The notes under the pieces are model-generated. The model ran no database searches. It was not told where the DNA came from and worked only from the letters and a program-made list of their open reading frames with translations. Positions 26,342-35,415 of a stretch of 64,000 nt of DNA are shown piece by piece; within the stretch, counting starts at the first letter, position 1, and each line of letters opens with the position of its first letter. Origin of the DNA: a virus (lineage: Duplodnaviria > Caudoviricetes); IMG/VR virus record IMGVR_UViG_3300014208_000026, positions 32,001 through 96,000 of that record; one strand, 5' to 3'. The position numbers and the translations under genes were made by a program.

Positions 26342-27036
26342 GAGCGTGGCTTGAAGAGGCTCTGTCGAATACTGAGTTGCCGGAGGACGCAATAGGGTAT
26401 CTATTACGGCGTGGCGCCAAACCCGAGACCTACACGAAGATGGGGGTTACAGTTTGGCAGGCTCCGGAAGCGGTAGCGCCGGACCAGAGCCGCAAAGACC
26501 GGTATGGCCCCAGGTGGGAGAAGCTTCAGGGACGGCTTGCTATCCCGCTAGTATCCCCCGCAGGTAAGGTAATTGGGGTCGAGTTTCGAGGGATGGAGCA
26601 GAAGAAGTTGGATCGGTATCTGCTCCCCGAGGCGGAGTGGAATCCGGTCTGGCATATGATTCCAGGGTCCGTGGAGGCTCTGTGGGCTGGACGTCCTGCG
26701 TGGTTGGTTGAGGGGGCTTTCGATATGTACGCCATGGAATGGGCGGCCCCTGGAGACGGTATTTTCGCAGTGCTGAGGGCGGCTCTTTCCAGGAAGCAAA
26801 TTGAGTTCCTGAGGCGGTTTGCCTCTTTCGTGAATGTTTGTTTCGACAGGGATAAGCCCGGGTTGGAAGGCATGCATGGAGGAAAGGACAAGACCGGTAA
26901 GTTTCATCCTGGGGCGTTGTACCTCCTCAGGAAGGCCGAGATCGCGTGTGCAGAGGTTGTTTTCCGGGGGGGTAAAGACCCCGGTGAATTGTGGGATGCA
27001 AGGGGTCGGGACATGACGGCATGTTTCGGTCGCTAG
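26338..27036 (+). CDS. dnaG: DnaG-like primase, TOPRIM core only
   Basis: VIGVEFR, WLVEGAFD, CFDRDKPG, GKDPGE; no N-terminal zinc-binding domain. Confidence 0.8.
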   Translation: MRAWLEEALSNTELPEDAIGYLLRRGAKPETYTKMGVTVWQAPEAVAPDQSRKDRYGPRWEKLQGRLAIPLVSPAGKVIGVEFRGMEQKKLDRYLLPEAEWNPVWHMIPGSVEALWAGRPAWLVEGAFDMYAMEWAAPGDGIFAVLRAALSRKQIEFLRRFASFVNVCFDRDKPGLEGMHGGKDKTGKFHPGALYLLRKAEIACAEVVFRGGKDPGELWDARGRDMTACFGR

Positions 27037-27061
27037 CACCATCGACAAGAGGAGAGAAGAA

Positions 27062-27580
27062 ATGGAGTACTGGCTGGCACCGGAAGAGGAACTGAAGCGG
27101 ATCCAGGAGATGGCGGACAAGTACGAGCGCCTGAATCAGGTCGCTCTCGTCTCGGATGAGATCGCCATCGTGTTTCGTGAGAAGGCGTCGAAGTCGGGCG
27201 GCAAGGTTTCGCTCGGGAAGACCCTGAAGACGAGTCCGATGCAGACAGCTTTGTCGGCAAAGGATTGGAAGTTCGTCCTTCAGGTCGGGCATGATGAGTG
27301 GGTGAAGCTTGACGCCACCCAGCGGGAGGCCCTGCTGTTCCACCTGCTGTGTGGTTGCGGCGTCAAGGAAGATGAAGAGGCGGGCGGGGATCTCGCGTTC
27401 ACCGTCATTCCTCCGGATATCCAGGCGTACCGCGAGGAACTTGAGATTTTCGGTGTCTGGCAACCCAAGGGTGAGGACGAAGAAGAAGCCTCGTCCGCCT
27501 CTGTCGAGGCTCTGTTCTCGAAGAAGGAACTGGACAAGGGCAAGGGCGTCGACGCTGCGGAAGAAGAGGATTCGGAATAG
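27062..27580 (+). CDS. phage metallopeptidase-fold protein with degenerate active site
   Basis: EWVKLDATQREALLFHLLCGC and PDIQAY in place of HELxH and HD. Confidence 0.6.
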   Translation: MEYWLAPEEELKRIQEMADKYERLNQVALVSDEIAIVFREKASKSGGKVSLGKTLKTSPMQTALSAKDWKFVLQVGHDEWVKLDATQREALLFHLLCGCGVKEDEEAGGDLAFTVIPPDIQAYREELEIFGVWQPKGEDEEEASSASVEALFSKKELDKGKGVDAAEEEDSE

Positions 27581-27624
27581 TCTCTGGACCGTTCTAGCTT
27601 GATGATCTCCCGAAGAGGTGCTGA

Positions 27625-29064
27625 GTGAGTTACGATACTTCGTTCCGGCCTCGAACCTACGATGAAGTGTTGGGGCAGGAAGCTATCATTCGAGTCCTTC
27701 GGGAGATCATCAAGCAAGGTCGGGGGTTTCAACAGTCCTACGTGTTTGCGGGTCTGTGGGGCGGCGGAAAAACCACGTTGGGTAGAATCTTCGCCAGAGC
27801 CCTTCTCTGTCAGCATCCGAAGGATACGGGAGATCCTTGTGATGAGTGTCTTTCTTGCAGGTCTTTCCTGGAGAAGGGAGTCAGCGAAGATTTTACAGAG
27901 GTAGACGCCGGAGCGACGTCCAAAGTAGAAGATGTGCGTAAGATTCTTGATCTTTTACAGTTCCAAACATTCTCCGGTAAACAACGGATATACTTGATCG
28001 ATGAGAGTCATCGTCTAAGTTCGGCCTCCAGAACAGCACTTCTTAAGTCTTTAGAGGATGAGGTTAAACCCGGCTCTAAAGATAAGCAGCTTGTTTGCAT
28101 ATTCTGTACTACAGAGCCAGAATCAATGCACCCAACGATCTTTTCTCGCTGTGCCCCTATCTTTAGAGTTCAAGCAGTGGCTCCCGAGATCCTTGCCAAG
28201 CGGCTGGCTTTCGTGTGTGAGCAGGAGAAGGTCCCGTACGACAGGGAGGCTCTGGTTCTAGTCTCCGAGATCGTGGAGTGCCATATCCGTGACGCCCTGA
28301 AAGCCATAGAAGGGATAGCCCTTCTGGGGGCCGTCAACTTGGAAAACACTCGGTCCTACCTGCACCTGGATTTGCAGGATACCTACCTGTCCATCATCGA
28401 GAACCTCGGAACGGACCTGCAAGGAGTCTTGTCCCGTACGGACGAAATGTTCCTTCAGATTTCTCCTGCGACGTTCTACGAGAAGCTGGCCGAGATTGCT
28501 TTGCTGGCCTACCGGCTCTTTCTTGGGATCCCCCCGCAAGGTTCTCACTGGGACAAGGTTCGGTTGCAGGCGGTGGGGCAGAGATTCGGGGAGAAGCTTA
28601 TCGACGTGGCATCTTGGCTGTCCCAGCGTCCGGTACGGCCTTCCCCCGCTATGGTGCATTGTGATCTGGCGATTCTGCATCGTGTAGTGTCTGGCGTGCA
28701 AGCTTTGCCCGCGACAAATCCCGACCCTGTTGTTTTCATGGCAAGTTCTGCCCCGCCCGTCGCGCACCCTATTAGCAATATGCCTCTTCCCGCACTTTCT
28801 TCTCCGACACCGATAGTTTCTCAGCCCCAGGCTGTTTCTGCAACTTCGGTATCTACAAATGGGAAGACTTCTGGTACTATATCGATGGTAACAGCAGGTG
28901 GGCGTTTCGATGCTGATCCACGAGGGTATCGAAGACCTGATTCTGTTGAAACAAAAAAGAACCCTGCGATCATGGAACCTGCCGATTTCGGACGGTTCCT
29001 GTATCAACACTTTTTGAGTATTGCCGATGGACAAACGGGACAATCCAACATGGGTGGTAGTTGA
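27625..29064 (+). CDS. dnaX: DNA polymerase III gamma/tau clamp loader ATPase
   Basis: RPRTYDEVLGQE, GGGKTT, PCDECLSC, IDESH, LLKSLED, RDAL. Confidence 0.92.
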   Translation: MSYDTSFRPRTYDEVLGQEAIIRVLREIIKQGRGFQQSYVFAGLWGGGKTTLGRIFARALLCQHPKDTGDPCDECLSCRSFLEKGVSEDFTEVDAGATSKVEDVRKILDLLQFQTFSGKQRIYLIDESHRLSSASRTALLKSLEDEVKPGSKDKQLVCIFCTTEPESMHPTIFSRCAPIFRVQAVAPEILAKRLAFVCEQEKVPYDREALVLVSEIVECHIRDALKAIEGIALLGAVNLENTRSYLHLDLQDTYLSIIENLGTDLQGVLSRTDEMFLQISPATFYEKLAEIALLAYRLFLGIPPQGSHWDKVRLQAVGQRFGEKLIDVASWLSQRPVRPSPAMVHCDLAILHRVVSGVQALPATNPDPVVFMASSAPPVAHPISNMPLPALSSPTPIVSQPQAVSATSVSTNGKTSGTISMVTAGGRFDADPRGYRRPDSVETKKNPAIMEPADFGRFLYQHFLSIADGQTGQSNMGGS

Positions 29065-29656
29065 ACTCAACCGGACCGGAGAGGTCAAGGTTGAGGAAGG
29101 TACCTTAGAAGAGTCCCTTCGGCGTGACCTGGATGCTGATCTTCCCCTTTTCATTCCAGCTAAGACCTACATGAAGGGCAATAAGCCCGTTACCGTACAG
29201 TTGATGCAGGGGTACGCTTTTGTTGGGGCGGGGCTCGACGAAGTTTCCTACTTCGCTTTGGAGAAGCGCCCTTACGTCAGTCGAGTTCTCTCTTCAAAGA
29301 ATGCAAGCAAGATGCGGGTTCTGCAGGTCGTCTCAGACGAGAAGGTCAAAGAGCTTCGTAGAAAGCTGCGGGAGGCGATAGCTTCCGATATCGAGATCGG
29401 GGCTCACGTTACGATTACGGAAGGGCAGTACGCCAAGCTAGACGGGAAAGTGGTCGGACTGGAAGAAGACAATGCCTTTGTCTACGTTGTGCTGCGATCT
29501 TTGAAGATCGTTGCGTCCGTGCCGGTGGTCTTTCTTGAGACCGTCGAATGCGGGGCAGATTGTGCTGTGTGTCTTGGACTGGGCGACGGCGAGAGAAGCC
29601 GCAACACCTGGGGAGATGCAGCATGGCACAATTTTGGTCCGGACATCAAGTCGTAG
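29027..29656 (+). CDS. nusG: NusG/RfaH-family transcription factor
   Basis: NGN domain (WVVV...LFIP...GYAFV) plus KOW motif (IGAHVTITEGQYAKLDGKV). Confidence 0.8.
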   Translation: MDKRDNPTWVVVELNRTGEVKVEEGTLEESLRRDLDADLPLFIPAKTYMKGNKPVTVQLMQGYAFVGAGLDEVSYFALEKRPYVSRVLSSKNASKMRVLQVVSDEKVKELRRKLREAIASDIEIGAHVTITEGQYAKLDGKVVGLEEDNAFVYVVLRSLKIVASVPVVFLETVECGADCAVCLGLGDGERSRNTWGDAAWHNFGPDIKS

Positions 29657-30228
29657 ACCCAACTGAGTTGGAAGCAAGGTTCTCCAATGAGGACGGGATA
29701 GGCTACCTGGAGTCCATTACCGAAGAGCCTTCAGAAGAGGCTCTAGAGAAGATCAAGAAGGTTCGGGTCATAATGGAGACGCTTCCGGACAGGGAAGCGG
29801 ACTTCGTCGACCTGTATTTCTTCAAACAGATTCGGCAGACTGGCATTGCCGATATTTTCAAGGTCAGTCAGCCGACCGTTTGTTACCGGCTCCAGAGAGC
29901 GACGGCTCGAATACGATTCCTGCTGGAACTGCCCGCCTTGATCTGGGAAGATTTCCAGCGGGATGTGGCTGTGGCTTTGCCTGATTTTCTTGACCGACGG
30001 ATCATGTTCCTTATGTATGGGACGGCTTGTCAGAGTGAGGTAGCCAAGATTCTGAAGGTGTCCCAGGGGTTGGTTCGGCACCGGTTCATCCGTTCCATCG
30101 TGCGTTTGAGGGATCACGCGGATATGGGCCTCTATGCCAAGTTGTTCGAAGCTATTGCCAGCAACCTGAATATCCGTAGGGAAGTCCAGCGTTCTTGGGA
30201 AGGCCGCGTCTCCTGCGTTGTTGCCTAA
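29623..30228 (+). CDS. regulator with two sigma70 region-4-like HTH domains
   Basis: LPDREADF...IADIFKVSQPTV and LDRRIM...VAKILKVSQGLV; no sigma region 2. Confidence 0.75.
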   Translation: MAQFWSGHQVVDPTELEARFSNEDGIGYLESITEEPSEEALEKIKKVRVIMETLPDREADFVDLYFFKQIRQTGIADIFKVSQPTVCYRLQRATARIRFLLELPALIWEDFQRDVAVALPDFLDRRIMFLMYGTACQSEVAKILKVSQGLVRHRFIRSIVRLRDHADMGLYAKLFEAIASNLNIRREVQRSWEGRVSCVVA

Positions 30229-30289
30229 TCTGGCACTTTCGTTTTCCTGTCTATAGCCTTCTTCTAGTAGAGCAGTGTCGGGAGTGGCG

Positions 30290-30616
30290 ATGTCAAAAAG
30301 TTCGGTCCAAACAGAGTCGAAAGGCACCCAGCGAGTCGTGATGTCACACAAGGTGGCCTCTCGTTGGCTAGAGCAGGCGGCTCAGCCTGAGTACCGCATG
30401 CGAGTGTTTGTGGGGTCCGACTATGAGAACCTCCCTAACCTCCTGCGATCGTTCCGTGACGGCAAAGTGGCGTTGAAGAAAGTGGCTTCTATTCCAGACC
30501 TGGGGATTGAAGTCCAGGCCGATTACGTGTCGGTGTGGTCGAAGAACAGGACCGCGTTGCTCACGCTCCGGAAGTGGTGCGAGGATCGAAAGTTGGAAAC
30601 CTCGGGAATCTGGTAA
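30290..30616 (+). CDS. hypothetical protein with KVASRWL tag
   Basis: 108 aa ORF with GGAG RBS. Confidence 0.7.
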   Translation: MSKSSVQTESKGTQRVVMSHKVASRWLEQAAQPEYRMRVFVGSDYENLPNLLRSFRDGKVALKKVASIPDLGIEVQADYVSVWSKNRTALLTLRKWCEDRKLETSGIW

Positions 30617-30627
30617 GGAATAAGACC

Positions 30628-31296
30628 ATGAGCACACTCAGGAAGGCTGCGATTCAGTTGGCCCATGGGAACCCCAAGGTTCGTCCATATCTGTTGCCTC
30701 TACTGGCCCGTACGGCGGCGGGAGGAAAGTGGATTCAGGACGCCATTAAGCAGCCTGGGGCTCTCCATGAGCACTTTGGAATCCCGAAGGATGAAACTAT
30801 CCCCCCTGAAAAGATCGACGCCGAGATTGCCCGCGTGAAGTCGAAGAAGAAGCCTTCTGCGGGGGATGCAACCCTGCTCAAGCAGTTGAACCTCGCCAAG
30901 ACCCTCCGAGGGTTCGGGAAGAAAGCGGGGATGGTGGGGGACACAGAGCCTGTGCTGGGCACCGCTTTGGACTACTTCTCGCGAGATCGGGCCAAGAACC
31001 TTGTGAACAAGCTGCTGGCGAAGTACACGAATGGTATTTTCAGGGACACTTCTTGGAAGCCTCTGGGGGATATCCGACGGGCTTTCGAGCAGGCTAATAT
31101 CCCCCTGATCATTTCGGGCGGGACTTATGGCCACAACGATGAGGGCACGCCGACCAACAAGAGCTGGCACCTGGAGGTCCCCTTCATTAACCAGGGCGGG
31201 AAGCCCACATGGCTGATCGGTACTTGTGTGGCGTCGGGAGCAGGTTCCGTTAAGGACCCTCTGGAACGCTATGATCTCGTAGCATACGTGAGCTAG
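30628..31296 (+). CDS. putative virion cargo protein with N-terminal LAHxNP tag
   Basis: MSTLRKAAIQLAHGNPKVRPYLLPLLARTAA. Confidence 0.7.
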   Translation: MSTLRKAAIQLAHGNPKVRPYLLPLLARTAAGGKWIQDAIKQPGALHEHFGIPKDETIPPEKIDAEIARVKSKKKPSAGDATLLKQLNLAKTLRGFGKKAGMVGDTEPVLGTALDYFSRDRAKNLVNKLLAKYTNGIFRDTSWKPLGDIRRAFEQANIPLIISGGTYGHNDEGTPTNKSWHLEVPFINQGGKPTWLIGTCVASGAGSVKDPLERYDLVAYVS

Positions 31297-31308
31297 GGGG
31301 TTAGGGCC

Positions 31309-32121
31309 ATGGATGACAAGCAACTCCGAAAAACTTTGGTGCGGTTGGCTCACCAGAAGCCCGAGCTTCGTGGGAGGCTTCTGCCCCTGATCCGTACCGC
31401 GGCAGTGAAGCGTCCGGAAGAGTTCAAGCACCTCAAACGTTACACCTCTTCTGATCTGCGGGAGTTCTGTGACTCTCTGTACACGAAGAATTTCCTCCGG
31501 ATGAAAACCCACGACGCCTGGAAAACAGGGATGCTCCTCTCCTCTCCTATGTACGCTCTGGGTTCGGGGTTGTTGGGTTCGTTTGGCGGGCCAGTGGGCA
31601 AGGCGATCCGTGAACGTTCATTGAAACCGATTCTTGCAGGGGCTGCGGACCCAGGCGGGAAGATTCTGGACGGTATCCTGCGTACGATTGGGCCGGACAA
31701 CGTTTTGGAACTGATGTCAGGGGAAAAATACGCTTTCATCACCTGGATTACGGACAACGGGGAAAACGTTGTGTCGGTGTCTTTCCTCCCTGACAAAGAG
31801 AAGAAGGCCCCTGGCGTTGGAATGAAAGTTTTTGAAATCACGGACTACCTTCAGGCTCATGGTCTGATTCCGTCCGGCGGTGGTTCCCAGTGGAATTACT
31901 ATGGTCTGGAAAGCAAACCTGGGGAGGGACCCTTCGTTCGTCTTGGGAAGAGGACGATTCGATTGGTGTGGCGTAGTCGGCGTACGGATCAGTGGGCTCC
32001 AGGTAGGAAAGGTCCGTTGATGGATGGCGGGGCGGACCGTGAATATGCGTTCGGGAACACCACTCCTGCAATGCTGGACGGCATGATCGAGTACGTGAAA
32101 AAACACTCGAAGGGGCGGTAA
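31309..32121 (+). CDS. putative virion cargo protein with N-terminal tag
   Basis: LRKTLVRLAHQKPELRGRLLPLIRTAA. Confidence 0.75.
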   Translation: MDDKQLRKTLVRLAHQKPELRGRLLPLIRTAAVKRPEEFKHLKRYTSSDLREFCDSLYTKNFLRMKTHDAWKTGMLLSSPMYALGSGLLGSFGGPVGKAIRERSLKPILAGAADPGGKILDGILRTIGPDNVLELMSGEKYAFITWITDNGENVVSVSFLPDKEKKAPGVGMKVFEITDYLQAHGLIPSGGGSQWNYYGLESKPGEGPFVRLGKRTIRLVWRSRRTDQWAPGRKGPLMDGGADREYAFGNTTPAMLDGMIEYVKKHSKGR

Positions 32122-32123
32122 CA

Positions 32124-32552
32124 GTGGCTGCAACCCGAACTCTAGTATCTGCAACGTACCAGTCCGTCGTAGACGAAGGCACCTTTACCTTTGTCGTGAC
32201 GGTGGACTCGAACTCCATTTCTGGAGTGCAGAGCATTCGGGGTCCGAACGGGACGTACTTGGATTCCATGACCTCGTTGCCTCAAACGGTCGTGCAGGAT
32301 ATCCAGGACGCAATCACGCAGGTGGAGGACCAATTGGCCCAGACAAGTGATATCAATGGTCAGTTGGTGTTTGCAGGGGAAACAACGAAGGCTGTGGTTT
32401 TCGTGACTCCCATGGGGAACACCAACTATCGGGTGGTTACTTCCGTAGTGGACTACGTCCCTGTTCGAGTGATTAGTAAGACGACGACCGGTTTCACGGT
32501 GGAGACTGGCGTCACCTATACGGGTCGCGTTGGGTACGACGTTTTCGTATAA
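32124..32552 (+). CDS. putative structural protein with lectin-like C-terminal module
   Basis: Beta-rich; C-terminus resembles that of 33111-34322. Confidence 0.6.
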   Translation: MAATRTLVSATYQSVVDEGTFTFVVTVDSNSISGVQSIRGPNGTYLDSMTSLPQTVVQDIQDAITQVEDQLAQTSDINGQLVFAGETTKAVVFVTPMGNTNYRVVTSVVDYVPVRVISKTTTGFTVETGVTYTGRVGYDVFV

Positions 32553-32570
32553 GAAAGGGAGGAAAAGACC

Positions 32571-33095
32571 ATGGATAACACGCTGCTTCGTAAAAATCTG
32601 GTTCGGTTGGCGCATGAGAAGCCCGAGCTTCGTGAGAAGCTGGTCCCCCTGCTGAAGAAGACGGCGGGCGCAAATCGGAAGGCTTTTGCTTCCAAGGTGA
32701 AGACCGAGTTCAAGATCATTGTTGATCATATTGAGAAGACTACTACAGAAGATTTCCCTGATTCGGGAGCCTCTGGAAAGTCCAGCATCGAGATTTCTAA
32801 GAGCAATCTCGGGTCTTTTGGCTCTTTCAGTGAGGTCGTAGGCTTTCTTCAGAGACAGTATGATTTTCCAGGCTCTAAAGAAAATTGGAATGCTTTCGAG
32901 CCAGGGCGTGTTACGACGAACCGTTCTGAGACGGACTCCGGGAGTGTCCCTGATACCACAGAGACACTGGGTTGGCAGAAAGGGGAACAACGGCTGTTCC
33001 TTGCAGACTACAATGTCTGGTTCCATTTCGCCCGGGTCTATACGCCGAGCGAGAAGGAAATTTCCAAGGTCTTCAAGATTCCGATGTATGACTAA
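32571..33095 (+). CDS. putative virion cargo protein with N-terminal tag
   Basis: LRKNLVRLAHEKPELREKLVPLLKKTAG. Confidence 0.75.
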   Translation: MDNTLLRKNLVRLAHEKPELREKLVPLLKKTAGANRKAFASKVKTEFKIIVDHIEKTTTEDFPDSGASGKSSIEISKSNLGSFGSFSEVVGFLQRQYDFPGSKENWNAFEPGRVTTNRSETDSGSVPDTTETLGWQKGEQRLFLADYNVWFHFARVYTPSEKEISKVFKIPMYD

Positions 33096-33110
33096 GAGAG
33101 GTAAAAGACC

Positions 33111-34322
33111 ATGGCTCAGGGACCTTTCCAGGTAGACCAGCTTAAGATCGAGCCCTCAGCGGCCGGTACACGAACAATCGGACGCCATACGGATGGATCT
33201 ATTCTGTTCACGGACCCTGTGGCCGGAACTCTGACTCTTGCGCAGTTGGCTGGTTTGCAAACCATGACCAACGTGCTCATGGTCGGTAAGGGAGGCCCCG
33301 CTTCTCGCTACACAACCCTTACGGACGCCCTGGCCACTATCCCCCCTTCCGCGTCGAGCACGAACCCTTACGTGGTTCTGGTCGGTCCTGGGGTCTATGA
33401 AGAGAACGTGATTCTCAACAGCGACGGTGTGACTCTGTTCGCCTTGGGTTCCGTTCGAGTCACGGCTCCCTCGGGGAGTACAACGGCGGCTCTCACTATC
33501 CAGGCGGACGGTTCTGTTGTGCCGAAGGGCTGCAAGGTCATCGGGTTTTCTTTCGTCAACCCAAACAGCAATCGAGACTGTGTTCGCATTTATGGTCTGG
33601 CGGGTTCCGAAGTTGGGTCCGAGTGGCTCTCTTTCCTTGACTGTGACTTCGAAGCTTCAGGGGATGGGGCTTATCAAATTCGAGCGGACACGGCTGACTT
33701 CATCCGTGTCCAAGGGGGTTCCTGGTCGAACAGCCACGTCAACTCCCGCACCAAGTTCACGAACTGCGCTCGGGTTGTGGTTGAAGGGGTGCAGGACGCG
33801 AAAGACTTCACCCTCCTGTACGACACGACTGGTTCCGTTCCGAGTGAGGTTTCCAGTGAGTACCGCTTGGCCTATCTGAGCGGAGTTGACACCATCGCCT
33901 GCACCCTGTCTGGAGCGGGTAGCCTCTTCCTCGACAACGTGTCTCAAACTGGCAACCTCACGGTTGACGGGGACCGGCCTCTAGACGCTAGCTTCTGTAG
34001 GTTCGGAAACCTTACCGTGAACGGAACGGTAGAGGCAACACTGTCTGCCTGTTCCAGAGGAACCGCGACGGGTTCTGGTACAAGCACTCTGGCGGAATCC
34101 TATCTGAGCGGGTCCGCTTCTTTCACGGCGGATGATACAGGGGCCGTGGCTTTCGACGTGGGCCAGCCAGATACCGACTATTCCGTGTCCTTGGAACTCG
34201 GGGCAAATGCCGGAGGGTTAGTTCCTGCTTCGGTAGAGACAAAGACGGTTTCTGGTTTCGATATCGTTTTCGACGCTGCTCAGACCACGACGGTAGGCTA
34301 TACCGTGACTCGCAAGCTGTAA
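33111..34322 (+). CDS. beta-helix (pectin lyase/pectinesterase-like) fibre or spike protein
   Basis: YTTLTDAL...VLVGPGVYEENV entry motif followed by beta-helix-like repeats. Confidence 0.7.
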   Translation: MAQGPFQVDQLKIEPSAAGTRTIGRHTDGSILFTDPVAGTLTLAQLAGLQTMTNVLMVGKGGPASRYTTLTDALATIPPSASSTNPYVVLVGPGVYEENVILNSDGVTLFALGSVRVTAPSGSTTAALTIQADGSVVPKGCKVIGFSFVNPNSNRDCVRIYGLAGSEVGSEWLSFLDCDFEASGDGAYQIRADTADFIRVQGGSWSNSHVNSRTKFTNCARVVVEGVQDAKDFTLLYDTTGSVPSEVSSEYRLAYLSGVDTIACTLSGAGSLFLDNVSQTGNLTVDGDRPLDASFCRFGNLTVNGTVEATLSACSRGTATGSGTSTLAESYLSGSASFTADDTGAVAFDVGQPDTDYSVSLELGANAGGLVPASVETKTVSGFDIVFDAAQTTTVGYTVTRKL

Positions 34323-34339
34323 CAGGGAGACGTTGGATT

Positions 34340-35413
34340 ATGAACAAGCAAGCTGCGGCTACCGCCCTCCAGATCGTCGGGGAGTTTCTTTCTCGCGAAT
34401 GGCCCGAAGCCAAGAAGGCTATCGACGTCCAGGATTGGACCAAGGCTCTGAGCTGGGTCGACATGATGCTGTCTGCCTATTTCCACGCGGCGGGGATGAA
34501 CGAGGCTGTTCTCGACCTCTCGGACACGGACGCAGCTTCTCGCCTCTCTTCCCTGAAGCGGGCTTTGGAGCAGGGCGATCCGGACAAGATTGCTATCTGG
34601 GTGCGGTATGTTGAGCAAGAGGCGATCCCCGAGTGGAAGAAGATTCTCGTCAAGTACCGCTGGCAGTCGAAGTGGATGGGCAAAGCGGAGACCCTCATGC
34701 GGATGGCGAATCCGATTCTGAATGAGGCTGCGGGGATGAGCACTGCGATTTGGAAGAAGGTTTCGGAGAAGTATTTCACTGCGGGCCCCGAGGCGGCTCA
34801 GGAAATGCTCGACAAGATTAATGCCCGCAGGAACAAGGTAGCCCAGAAGTTCTCGTATGAGGATATGGTTGCCAACTTCTCACAGGCGAGTCTTGACGCC
34901 AAGGACTACTTCACGGACGGCGGTCAGGCTTGGAACGGCCCGAACTTCTCTCGCGTGCAGGACTACGTTCGTAAGGAGCGGGACGAAGCAACCCTGGACC
35001 TTCCGGTTATGTCGGGAACCAGAGTGGCTTTCAACCCCACCCTGGAAGCACTGTTGACCTATCCGACTCCTCCGAATGCCAAATACGCTGGAACGGTGGT
35101 TCGGGTGCGGACGGCACACGGGGATATGACAGCGGTCAAGGATCTCGTGTTCGTGAAGTGGGATACCGGTTCGTTCATGCCGGTCATGCGTCAGCACCTG
35201 CGTAGGGCGTCGACCAAGAACCAGAAGACGGCTTCCTCCTATCGTGTGGTGACGGCCTCCCTGGGGGACTTGACCGAATTCATGAAGGTTGGCGGGGCCA
35301 GCGACTCTCTCATCCACAAGGCCACTCGGGATCTGTGGAGCCTGGAGAAGTCCGGCGGGAAGTTCGTGCTGGAACGGTTGTTCACGGAATCTGGCGAGCC
35401 GCTTAAGGTGTAG
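34340..35413 (+). CDS. multidomain hypothetical virion-region protein
   Basis: 357 aa ORF with a KTASS junction. Confidence 0.7.
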   Translation: MNKQAAATALQIVGEFLSREWPEAKKAIDVQDWTKALSWVDMMLSAYFHAAGMNEAVLDLSDTDAASRLSSLKRALEQGDPDKIAIWVRYVEQEAIPEWKKILVKYRWQSKWMGKAETLMRMANPILNEAAGMSTAIWKKVSEKYFTAGPEAAQEMLDKINARRNKVAQKFSYEDMVANFSQASLDAKDYFTDGGQAWNGPNFSRVQDYVRKERDEATLDLPVMSGTRVAFNPTLEALLTYPTPPNAKYAGTVVRVRTAHGDMTAVKDLVFVKWDTGSFMPVMRQHLRRASTKNQKTASSYRVVTASLGDLTEFMKVGGASDSLIHKATRDLWSLEKSGGKFVLERLFTESGEPLKV

Positions 35414-35415
35414 GG

